Assembly: GCA_964426895.1 (NCBI GenBank)
Contig: CAYRSH010000004.1
Coordinates: 1 to 47,760 of the forward strand
Direction of reading: 5' to 3'
Source of the DNA: an uncultured bacterium
GTDB lineage: Bacteria > Hydrothermota > Hydrothermia > LBFQ01
Length of the DNA: 47,760 nucleotides
A model generated the notes under the pieces. It made no database searches. It worked only from the letters and a program-made list of their open reading frames with translations, and was not told the DNA's origin. Position 1 is the first letter of the stretch. Every line of letters starts with the position of its first letter. Shown here piece by piece: positions 40,274 through 47,760 of the stretch. The position numbers and the translations under genes are program-made.

Positions 40274-41944
40274 TTGGTTGATATATTGCCCGTAATTAAC
40301 GGTAAGGATACCTTATACCTCTACCCGCCGTATATAAGCCATTCTTCTTTGGTTGAGAGTATAACAAGGGGTCTTGGTGGAGAAATAACCCCTTTGGATG
40401 CTTTTAAAAGGGGTAAAAGGTATGTCCTTATAACGAGGTTCAATTTCAATGTTAAGGATTTTCTAAGGGTTTTAAGACAAAGGGGTGTGGTAATTGTGGG
40501 TGTTATGGAGCAGAACGCGGATTACAGGTTTTTAATCCGCGAATTAAACGAAGTGGGTTTAAGGGTTGATGAGGTTTTTGAGGAGATAATAACTTTAAAT
40601 CCAAAAGGTGATACCGGCGATTTTAGGGAAAAATCCGCAATAGTTCGGGCAGAAAGGGAATACAACTCCCTTAGGGTTGATTTGAAAGACAGGTTGAGGT
40701 TTTTGTTTGATTTGGTGGTATTCGGGGTATATGAAGGTAGGTATAGGATTAAAAGGGATTGGTTTGGTGAGGTTAAGGGTTTGGAGGGTTTTTTGGATGT
40801 AGAGGGGGATTACATAGTTCCAAGGGTTGATAAAATCTACGCGATTTTTCAAGAGGATTGGGGTTTTGAAAGGTTTTTAAGCGTTATAAAAAGATTACCC
40901 GATAATTACGAGCCTTTTAACCTACTCGTAAGGTCCATACACGAAAGGGTTTATTATCTTGACATTAAAAACGAGGAGATGAAAAAGGCCTTTGAATTGG
41001 CGTTAAATTGGGCCATAAACCTATCAAAGGGAACAGATGGATTCTTGGAAGCCTTTGAAAAACTCGCTTATTATAGGATAAACTTTCCAATTGGCGAAAA
41101 TTTGCAAATAGGTATATCGGACATTGAGTATTTCCTTAAAAATTGGTTGGGAAAACTAAGCCTTGATAGTGAGTTAAGAATAAAAAACACTCTGGCTTTA
41201 ATGCACCTATATTCCGGTAATTACAAACACGCCGAGGTGTTGTTTGAAGAAATAATAAAGAGGGATAAAGGCCATTTTCGGGATATGGCCATCGTTAATC
41301 TGGCCCTTATCAAAAGTAGAAAGGGGGAAATTTTTGAGGAATACAAAATGCTAAAAAGTTTAATAGATGTTGGGAGGGAGAACAAAAAGGTTATGTTAAT
41401 AGCCATAAGCAACCTTTTGTCCACTCTTAACGAAATTTACGACAGAACAGGGAATGAAAGGTATATTCAAGAGGTCAAACTTTATTTTCAAAGGGGATTG
41501 ACATTTTTGGAAGGATTTAGGGATAACCATGGGATCTTTCATTTAAGGTATAACTATGCGATCGCGATGTCCAAGGTGGGTGAGCATGAGGAGGCTTTGC
41601 GTAGGGTTGAGGAAATATTAAGGGTTTATAACAAGGAGATTAATCCAAACGAGTATGCGGATACACTTGCTCTTAAAGGTTATATACTTTTGTTGATGGG
41701 AGAGTATGAAAGGGCAAGGGAAACATTTGAGGAAGCCCTTAAAACATTTGATTTGAGTTTTAAAAACTTTGAGAATAGATATTGCCTTGCAAAAATTTAT
41801 TACGCTAAAACCCTTTCAAAATTGGGCAGGTTTGATGAAGCGGTTGAAATGATGCTATCCGTAAAGGAGAAGGCGGAAGAGGTGGGATATATGGAAATAT
41901 GGAAAAATGTTATGTCGGAAATTCAAAGTGATACCAGTTCTTAG
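40274..41944 (+). CDS. Hypothetical protein with C-terminal TPR-like repeats
   Basis: The C-terminal ~250 aa show TPR-like helix pairs, e.g. ADTLALKGYILLLMGEYERARETFEEALK. The N-terminal ~300 aa were not recognised. Confidence 0.6.
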   Translation: MVDILPVINGKDTLYLYPPYISHSSLVESITRGLGGEITPLDAFKRGKRYVLITRFNFNVKDFLRVLRQRGVVIVGVMEQNADYRFLIRELNEVGLRVDEVFEEIITLNPKGDTGDFREKSAIVRAEREYNSLRVDLKDRLRFLFDLVVFGVYEGRYRIKRDWFGEVKGLEGFLDVEGDYIVPRVDKIYAIFQEDWGFERFLSVIKRLPDNYEPFNLLVRSIHERVYYLDIKNEEMKKAFELALNWAINLSKGTDGFLEAFEKLAYYRINFPIGENLQIGISDIEYFLKNWLGKLSLDSELRIKNTLALMHLYSGNYKHAEVLFEEIIKRDKGHFRDMAIVNLALIKSRKGEIFEEYKMLKSLIDVGRENKKVMLIAISNLLSTLNEIYDRTGNERYIQEVKLYFQRGLTFLEGFRDNHGIFHLRYNYAIAMSKVGEHEEALRRVEEILRVYNKEINPNEYADTLALKGYILLLMGEYERARETFEEALKTFDLSFKNFENRYCLAKIYYAKTLSKLGRFDEAVEMMLSVKEKAEEVGYMEIWKNVMSEIQSDTSS

Positions 41945-42710
41945 ATGTGTTCCATATATCCAAAAGCATCTTAACAAAATCCTCAAACATGCTTAAAGGT
42001 ATTTGCGTTGAGGCATCCGATAAGGCTTCCTTTGGATTTGGATGAACCTCCGCGAATATCCCATCAACTCCAACCGCAACCGCCCCTCTCGCCAGATGCG
42101 AAATCAGTTCCCTGTATCCCCCAGAATTTTCCGATAAACCCGGCCTTTGTAGTGAATGGGTTGCATCGTATATTACCCTTATACCCGCCTTCTTTATCCA
42201 GACCAAATTCCTGAAATCCACTACCAAATCGTTATAACCGAAGAATGTTCCCCTTTCCGTTATCCAGGCATTTTGATTTCCCGTACTGAAAACCTTCTCC
42301 GCTGCCTTTATTATCTCATTCGGAGACATAAACTGCCCCTTTTTTATATTAACGGCTTTACCGGTTTTCCCTGCCTCTACCAACATATCCGTTTGCCTTG
42401 AAAGGAACGCGGGTATTTGTATAACATCAACAACCTCCGCCACCCTTTTAATGTCGTGTAAATCATGCACATCGGTTAAAACCCTTAAACCGGTCTCATC
42501 TTTCACCTTTTGCAATATTTCCAACCCCATTTCAATTCCCGGACCCCTAAAACCCTTAACGGATGTCCTATTCGCTTTATCATAAGAGGATTTGAATATA
42601 AGGTCTATTTTAAGATTTTCGGAGATTTTTTTTAACCTCTCCGCCGTTTTTAAAACCATCCCCTCGCTTTCAATTACGCAGGGACCAGCTATGAATATAG
42701 GGGTTTTCAT
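41910..42710 (-). CDS. kdsA: 3-deoxy-8-phosphooctulonate (KDO8P) synthase
   Basis: IAGPCVIES, FKSSYDKANRTS, QIPAFLSRQTD, VNIKKGQF, and DATHS.Q.P. Confidence 0.95.
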   Translation of the reverse strand: MKTPIFIAGPCVIESEGMVLKTAERLKKISENLKIDLIFKSSYDKANRTSVKGFRGPGIEMGLEILQKVKDETGLRVLTDVHDLHDIKRVAEVVDVIQIPAFLSRQTDMLVEAGKTGKAVNIKKGQFMSPNEIIKAAEKVFSTGNQNAWITERGTFFGYNDLVVDFRNLVWIKKAGIRVIYDATHSLQRPGLSENSGGYRELISHLARGAVAVGVDGIFAEVHPNPKEALSDASTQIPLSMFEDFVKMLLDIWNTSKNWYHFEFPT

Positions 42711-43831
42711 CCGAGGGGTGTCCTCGGTGATAGTTGGGTGGGGATTAATATATCCGCAATGGATTCCATATCCTTATGCGTTATAACGACATTTTTATGA
42801 ACCCATGTTAAGGGTAGGGGATAACCTTCCAGCGAAAGTCGGGCTATATATCCCAAAAACTTCCCAATATTTTCGGGTTCAACATTCAATATCTCAACTT
42901 TGTAGGTTGAAGTAGAAGATGGGGAAAACCTAACAAAGGTTTGGTATATGTATATGTCAAGTATTTCAACAAAGTCCTCCGGCAATTCCCTCTTCTTCTC
43001 CTCTAAGGATGCCTCTATCGGTTCCGCATACCCCTTTTTACCCAAGGTGCAAATATTAAACATAACCTGATCCGTGATAAACCCCTTTACATTCCATTTT
43101 TTAACATACTCGGACAAAAAGGAATCCTTTGTTATAAAGAATATGGGGTTTTGTAGGGATACCAAAAGTTCTATTGCGGAAAGGTATTCGTAATACAGGA
43201 GTAGGGCGTTTGCATACACATATATTGGTAGCCTTTCATTCCTGAACCTTTCGGCGAACCTTACAAAAACGAAATCTTCATCCCAGAAAGCACCCTTTAT
43301 ATCCTTAATTAAACCCTTTAACTCCCCCTCTAAGTCTTCAACCTCGTCGTATTTAACATCTAAGTGTTTAATCCAATCGTATGTAGGTTGAGGACTTATA
43401 ACATCGCTTATAAAGGAACCATCCATGAGAACCATATATTCGCCGTTGTCGTCTAAGTTTTTGAGGATTTTTAAAAGGTTTTTTATTTCTGCCAACCTCA
43501 TCCACATGGATAGAAATTCCGATAGATTCTTGTTTCTAAGGATATTCTTTTCCATTTTGCCCACAAAGGATATCCCCTCATCCTTAAAACCATCACCGAT
43601 TTTAACATATGCCAAACCGGTAAGTGCAAACACCATATCAACATTCCTTATGGTGTAGTTATACGAACCATCAACCGCTATTAGGGGTTTTTCCGAAATA
43701 TTATCGGGAAAGGGATGCCATTTTCCATCGTCCAATTCCGGCACTTCCTCGTAATTCCCCTTCCCACCAAGGTTATAAATTCCCCATCTATCAATATTCG
43801 CCAAAAATCTGTAAATTGACCTCTCGTGCAT
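42707..43831 (-). CDS. NurA-domain 5'-3' nuclease homologue
   Basis: Collinear with archaeal NurA as I recall it: IAVDGS near the N-terminus, YMVLMDGSF mid-protein, and C-terminal LEGYPLPLTWVHKNVVITHKDME (compare GYPFPL..AH). Confidence 0.7.
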   Translation of the reverse strand: MHERSIYRFLANIDRWGIYNLGGKGNYEEVPELDDGKWHPFPDNISEKPLIAVDGSYNYTIRNVDMVFALTGLAYVKIGDGFKDEGISFVGKMEKNILRNKNLSEFLSMWMRLAEIKNLLKILKNLDDNGEYMVLMDGSFISDVISPQPTYDWIKHLDVKYDEVEDLEGELKGLIKDIKGAFWDEDFVFVRFAERFRNERLPIYVYANALLLYYEYLSAIELLVSLQNPIFFITKDSFLSEYVKKWNVKGFITDQVMFNICTLGKKGYAEPIEASLEEKKRELPEDFVEILDIYIYQTFVRFSPSSTSTYKVEILNVEPENIGKFLGYIARLSLEGYPLPLTWVHKNVVITHKDMESIADILIPTQLSPRTPLG

Positions 43832-44556
43832 TATTGTATTCTAATGGGCATTGGGAAGGCCGTACCTTTCACAAGCAGCATGGTTGAAGGGGTTAAAGCC
43901 TTTTCTATCTTAACATATTTTAGGACATTTATCATTAGTAAGGCCGTACCCGTATCGCTTACGGCGGATGAAGGTATGTAATGGGATGTAGCATTTGGGG
44001 GTAGGTTCTTTATATAAGGGTTTTGGTCGTTTAGTTTGAAGAAAACCTGTATAGAATCCGCACCGCTTACCGCATTCCAAGAAACCAATATTGAATCACC
44101 AACGGAATGGAATATGGTATCAACGGATATGCTATCGGGTGAACTTACATCCGGCAATGTGAATTGTATATCTTCCCCATACTTTGCGGTATGTATCCTT
44201 ATGTTTGTTCCACCCGAAAGGTTTATGTTTTGTGGTATGCCATTTGAGTCGGCCAACATAAACAGACCTTTATCGGAATAATATTGCAATTGGGTATTGC
44301 CCACCTGTACCTGTGCCGTTGGGTCTTCTTGGGCATCCACGAGAACCTTAAATATTGCCGTTTCGTATTTAATTGTATCCAAGAAAGCCGGGAATGAAGG
44401 GGGTGTTATGTTTGAAGGTAGTATGGAATAGAAACTCCTCAAAGCCGGACCGGTTGCCCCACCAACACCAAACACGGATGTATGGGATATACTAACCTTT
44501 TCCTTACACGAGGCTATTACCAAAAACCCAAAAACTATAAAAAACAGCCTTTTCAT
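43831..44556 (-). CDS. Hypothetical lipoprotein
   Basis: Lipobox MKRLFFIVFGFLVIASC. The mature part is beta-rich. No family was recognised. Confidence 0.6.
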   Translation of the reverse strand: MKRLFFIVFGFLVIASCKEKVSISHTSVFGVGGATGPALRSFYSILPSNITPPSFPAFLDTIKYETAIFKVLVDAQEDPTAQVQVGNTQLQYYSDKGLFMLADSNGIPQNINLSGGTNIRIHTAKYGEDIQFTLPDVSSPDSISVDTIFHSVGDSILVSWNAVSGADSIQVFFKLNDQNPYIKNLPPNATSHYIPSSAVSDTGTALLMINVLKYVKIEKALTPSTMLLVKGTAFPMPIRIQ

Positions 44557-44566
44557 AACGCTTGAT

Positions 44567-44572
44567 ATTATA
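44567..44572 (-). promoter_or_regulatory. -10 box TATAAT, 10 nt before ATG 44556
   Basis: Minus strand reads CCTTTATAATATCAAGCGTTATG. Confidence 0.4.
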
Positions 44573-44580
44573 AAGGCGAA

Positions 44581-45669
44581 TTATTCGGCGAATATGATGG
44601 TGTTTGCCATAAGGTTCCCGTGCCTGTTCTCCCTTTCCGGTAAGAAGCACCCCTGCTCGCCAAAGGTCGCGCAGCCCACAAAGGGAACATCTTTTCCAAG
44701 CCCATCCTTGAAGTTTTCTATTGCCTTATTAATCTCATCCATGACCACACCTACACAACCGGCGCAGTATATCAATATAGCCCCCTTTAAGCCTTTAAAA
44801 TCTTTACCCCTTAAACTCATATCAACCACCTGTTTCGTCCTTTTCAGTAAAGCGTCCTTTGTGCTGATCATTAAAACTATTTCATCCCCTTCTTTGAATT
44901 CCGTAAAGAAAGTTAAGGCCTTATTCTCGGGTATTACCATATGGGGATGTGATAGCAGGTATTTTGGAACACCAAAGGTTTTTCCTATAACCCTACCAAC
45001 GGGTCTAAGGGTGGTATCGGCCAGAACCACTCCCCCTTTATCCAAATACCTTTCTATAAGGCCGTTTGTCCATTCGTTATATACTATTGCCGCGGGCTTT
45101 CCATCTATTTCATAAACAATTCTTCCCTCGGCCTTCGTTATTACACCCTTTTTATCCGTCGGTAAATAGCCGCTTAAAAAGTGTCCAAAGGCCTTACCCG
45201 TAAATCCCACGAGCAAAAACCCGGAATCCGTGCTTTGACCGTTATAAAATACCTCCCATTTGCCCGTAAGGTCGTCATCTCCGGCGCTCCCACCGAATAC
45301 GGGAACTTCATTCCCAAAAACATCGTTTATACCATCCAATACCCTTTCTTCAAAACCGGGTGTCGCATGCATCAGGATTACCGAAGGCTTCCCAAGCCTA
45401 TCCGATATTTCTTTTGCCGCATCCTTAGCCTTATCAAAAGCATCTTTTTCGGAACAGGTTTTTAAAACCGGGAACGCATCTATTCCATCCCCATCATCAA
45501 CGGTTAGCATATATGAACCCCTGTGGAAACCTGAGGGGGTAAATACCCCTTGGAAGGAGGTCGCGCCGAATACATCCTTACCGCTTGGGAATTTTATATC
45601 CTCCCCTACGGTTTTATATACCAATGTCCATTTTCCGGCATCCTCCGGGTTGTATTTATTCCACTTCAT
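44581..45669 (-). CDS. FIST domain protein (FIST_N + FIST_C sensor-like)
   Basis: VILMHATPG.EE..L.GI..V.G..VPVFGGSAGDD, and later GY.PT...G.ITKAEGR.VYEIDGKPA. Length is typical of a stand-alone FIST protein. Confidence 0.65.
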   Translation of the reverse strand: MKWNKYNPEDAGKWTLVYKTVGEDIKFPSGKDVFGATSFQGVFTPSGFHRGSYMLTVDDGDGIDAFPVLKTCSEKDAFDKAKDAAKEISDRLGKPSVILMHATPGFEERVLDGINDVFGNEVPVFGGSAGDDDLTGKWEVFYNGQSTDSGFLLVGFTGKAFGHFLSGYLPTDKKGVITKAEGRIVYEIDGKPAAIVYNEWTNGLIERYLDKGGVVLADTTLRPVGRVIGKTFGVPKYLLSHPHMVIPENKALTFFTEFKEGDEIVLMISTKDALLKRTKQVVDMSLRGKDFKGLKGAILIYCAGCVGVVMDEINKAIENFKDGLGKDVPFVGCATFGEQGCFLPERENRHGNLMANTIIFAE

Positions 45670-45678
45670 ACTTTTGAT

Positions 45679-45684
45679 ATTATA
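45679..45684 (-). promoter_or_regulatory. -10 box TATAAT, 9 nt before ATG 45669 (overlaps the ptrB stop codon)
   Basis: Minus strand reads CACCCTTATAATATCAAAAGTATG. Confidence 0.45.
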
Positions 45685-47614
45685 AGGGTGGTATGTTTTT
45701 CAGTATGAAGGCGTAGCGGATGGCGACTTCTTCCATATATTTATACCTACCCGGTATTCCCATATGCCCCGCTTCCATTTCCGTTAATAAGAGTTTTGGT
45801 GATTTGGAAGTGTCGTTCTCCCTTAACTTTAATATCCACTTTGCGGGTTCCCAATATCCAACTCGGGGGTCGTATAACCCGGTTATTGCCAAAACCGGAG
45901 GGTATTTGTTCGGTTTAACATTTTCATAAGGCGAGTAGGATTTTATGTAATCGTAATAGTATTTATCGTTTGGGTTCCCCCATTCGTCGTATTCCTGAAC
46001 GGTTAAAGGCAAGGATGGGTCAAGCATTGTGTTTAAAACATCAACAAAGGGAACAATCGTAACCGCACAACCAAAAAGGTGTGGTTTTAGGTTTAATGCC
46101 CCACCTACGGTTATTCCGCCGGCACTACCACCCATAATCGCTATCTTCCCCTTAGATGTAAATCCCTCAATTATCAAGTATTCCGCACACTCAACAAAAT
46201 CGTAAATTGTATTCTTCTTTTTGTCAAACTTCCCCTCCTTATGCCACCTATCCCCGAATTCACCGCCACCTCTGACATGGGCTATTGCGTATATGAATCC
46301 CCTGTCAAGCAAGGAGATTATGAATTTGCTAAAAACGGGTTCAATCGGATGTCCATAAGCCCCATATCCGTATAATAATAACGGGTTTTCACCCATTTTT
46401 AACCTATCCTTACGATAAACCACTGATATGGGTATCTTTGTGCCATCATAACTTATAGCCCAAAGCCTCTTCGTCTCATACAAATCCCTTTCATAATTTG
46501 GAACGGGTTCAACCCATTTCTTTATGAGTTTCCCCTTTTCTATATCGTAATCGTAAATGGTTTTTGGGGTTCGTAAGGAGGAGAATGCAACCCTTATATA
46601 CTTCTGTTCGTACTCGTAATTGTCTTCCAACCAAAGGGCATAAGGTTCCTCCTTAAACTTTATCCTTTGGATTTTTCCACCTTTATAAATCCCAACCGTT
46701 TTTAAGCCGTTGTGCCTGTATTCTAAGGCCAAGAAATCCTTAAAAACCAATATGTTATCAATTGGTGAGTCTTCCATCTCATCTATCAAAAGCCTTAAAT
46801 CCCCGCTTTTTTCGTCCATGAACAAGACCTTAAAGTTTGGCGCATTTTCGTTTGTCAGAATGTAAAAACCCCCTTCCCCATGAGAAACATAATACCTTAC
46901 CCCTTTCTTTGCCGGAAAGAATTCTTTATGGTAAGGGTATAACAAAACCGAAAAGTTGGTTTCGGTATTACCCACATTTGCGAATATGTATCCGTCTAAG
47001 GATTTTGAAAGGGATACGAAATAAGCATCGTTATCTTCCCTAAGAATCTCCTCATCCTTACCGTCCTTTAAATCGTACAACAGGATTTTATAAGGTCTCT
47101 TCGTATCCTCCTTTTCAACCACATAAATTATCTGGTTTTTATCGTTCCAAGTGAATACACCCCAATGAACCCTTGGGATTTCCGCTAATATCTCATCGGT
47201 TTCCGTATCCTTTATAAAAAGTTTAAAGTTTTCACCACCCGAAACATCATAACTAAAAGCCAGATACTTACCATCCCTACTAACGGATATACCACCCGGT
47301 TGGAAAAACCTTTTCCCCTTTGCAAGGGAATTCCAATCAAGTAAAACCTCCTCCCTTCTCCCCCTTTTCCTAAGGAATACCGAAAAATCCAAACCCTCGG
47401 AAAACTTGTAGTAGTAAAAGTATTCCCCATATCTGTACGGTAAGGTTTCGTAGTATTCGGCGGTGCGGCTTTTAAACTCCTTTATAAGCCTTTCCTGTAA
47501 TTTCTTGGTATCCCTTAAATACCTTTTAATCCTTTGGTTTTCCTTTCTTAAAAAGTTTAATACTTTCGGGTTTTGCCTTTTTACATCTTTCAGCCATGCA
47601 TACTTATCACCCAT
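45680..47614 (-). CDS. ptrB: Oligopeptidase B (S9A prolyl oligopeptidase family)
   Basis: N-terminal beta-propeller, catalytic GGSAGG, EYDEWGNP, DPRV, and EAGHMG. Confidence 0.85.
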   Translation of the reverse strand: MGDKYAWLKDVKRQNPKVLNFLRKENQRIKRYLRDTKKLQERLIKEFKSRTAEYYETLPYRYGEYFYYYKFSEGLDFSVFLRKRGRREEVLLDWNSLAKGKRFFQPGGISVSRDGKYLAFSYDVSGGENFKLFIKDTETDEILAEIPRVHWGVFTWNDKNQIIYVVEKEDTKRPYKILLYDLKDGKDEEILREDNDAYFVSLSKSLDGYIFANVGNTETNFSVLLYPYHKEFFPAKKGVRYYVSHGEGGFYILTNENAPNFKVLFMDEKSGDLRLLIDEMEDSPIDNILVFKDFLALEYRHNGLKTVGIYKGGKIQRIKFKEEPYALWLEDNYEYEQKYIRVAFSSLRTPKTIYDYDIEKGKLIKKWVEPVPNYERDLYETKRLWAISYDGTKIPISVVYRKDRLKMGENPLLLYGYGAYGHPIEPVFSKFIISLLDRGFIYAIAHVRGGGEFGDRWHKEGKFDKKKNTIYDFVECAEYLIIEGFTSKGKIAIMGGSAGGITVGGALNLKPHLFGCAVTIVPFVDVLNTMLDPSLPLTVQEYDEWGNPNDKYYYDYIKSYSPYENVKPNKYPPVLAITGLYDPRVGYWEPAKWILKLRENDTSKSPKLLLTEMEAGHMGIPGRYKYMEEVAIRYAFILKNIPPL

Positions 47615-47620
47615 AGGCGT

Positions 47621-47760
47621 TTATTCTACGGATGTGTTATAAAGGATAAACCTTGTGGATATCTCTCCTACGGTTTTGTAATACCTCCTTTGAAAAAATG
47701 GGGGGAATCCCGCAATTACATCCCAAAACATTGGTTTATCCATATATGTATTGTGATTTG
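47621..47760 (-). CDS. 3' end of an unidentified gene running off the window (or a 40-aa ORF from ATG 47743)
   Basis: The frame is open from the window edge to TAA 47623-47621 (...FWDVIAGFPPFFQRRYYKTVGEISTRFILYNTSVE). The stop lies inside the ptrB -10 box. Confidence 0.3.
   Translation of the reverse strand, partial: NHNTYMDKPMFWDVIAGFPPFFQRRYYKTVGEISTRFILYNTSVE
47623..47628 (-). promoter_or_regulatory. -10 box TAGAAT, 8 nt before ATG 47614
   Basis: Minus strand reads CGTAGAATAAACGCCTATG. Confidence 0.5.

Noticed and set aside
1-47760. CRISPR arrays, transposases or IS ends, prophage genes, rRNA genes.
   Set aside because: No spaced identical repeats, no DDE or serine/tyrosine recombinase motifs and no rRNA-like conserved blocks were seen while reading the window and the ORF track.

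Overview
This is a very compact bacterial chromosomal window with about 50 protein genes and one tRNA. No homology search was possible, so product calls rest on motifs read from the ORF translations. No CRISPR array, integrase or transposase was seen.

Housekeeping content:
- Two ribosomal operons, rpsF-ssb-rpsR-rplI and rplY-pth-sigma factor.
- A fused purN-purH gene.
- yggS, ispH, kdsA and a heptose-7-P kinase.
- A nuoD-yidC-M50 protease-murJ gene string.
- An RND efflux pair, corA, an M32 carboxypeptidase, oligopeptidase B and a SufD-like protein.

Accessory content:
- An AT-rich DpnII/MboI-like restriction-modification pair.
- Four secreted proteins ending in T9SS-type C-terminal sorting domains: one vWA protein and a three-gene beta-propeller operon.
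- A lamin-tail-domain ORF abutting a degenerate Fe-S RumA-like protein.
- An orphan NurA nuclease, a HicB-like protein and a FIST protein.

KDO and heptose genes plus T9SS-type tails suggest a diderm, possibly FCB-like, lineage. The lysine/glutamate/isoleucine-rich proteins hint at a thermophile. The taxon cannot be established from the sequence alone.

Most interesting signals not explained by gene calls:
1. A stereotyped TAnAAT box sits 5-10 nt upstream of the start codon of nearly every first gene, implying leaderless mRNAs. One 24-nt cassette is shared verbatim by two promoters.
2. The only large non-coding gap (18939-19303) holds a GC-rich, helix-rich element that looks like a structured RNA of unknown class.
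3. A G9 tract lies just upstream of the T9SS-cargo operon, and a one-base change there would restore a signal peptide.
4. All seven convergent gene pairs overlap at their 3' ends.

I found no clear multi-gene system of a known novel type. The best candidates for something undescribed are the beta-propeller T9SS-cargo operon and the LTD / inactive Fe-S methyltransferase-like pair.
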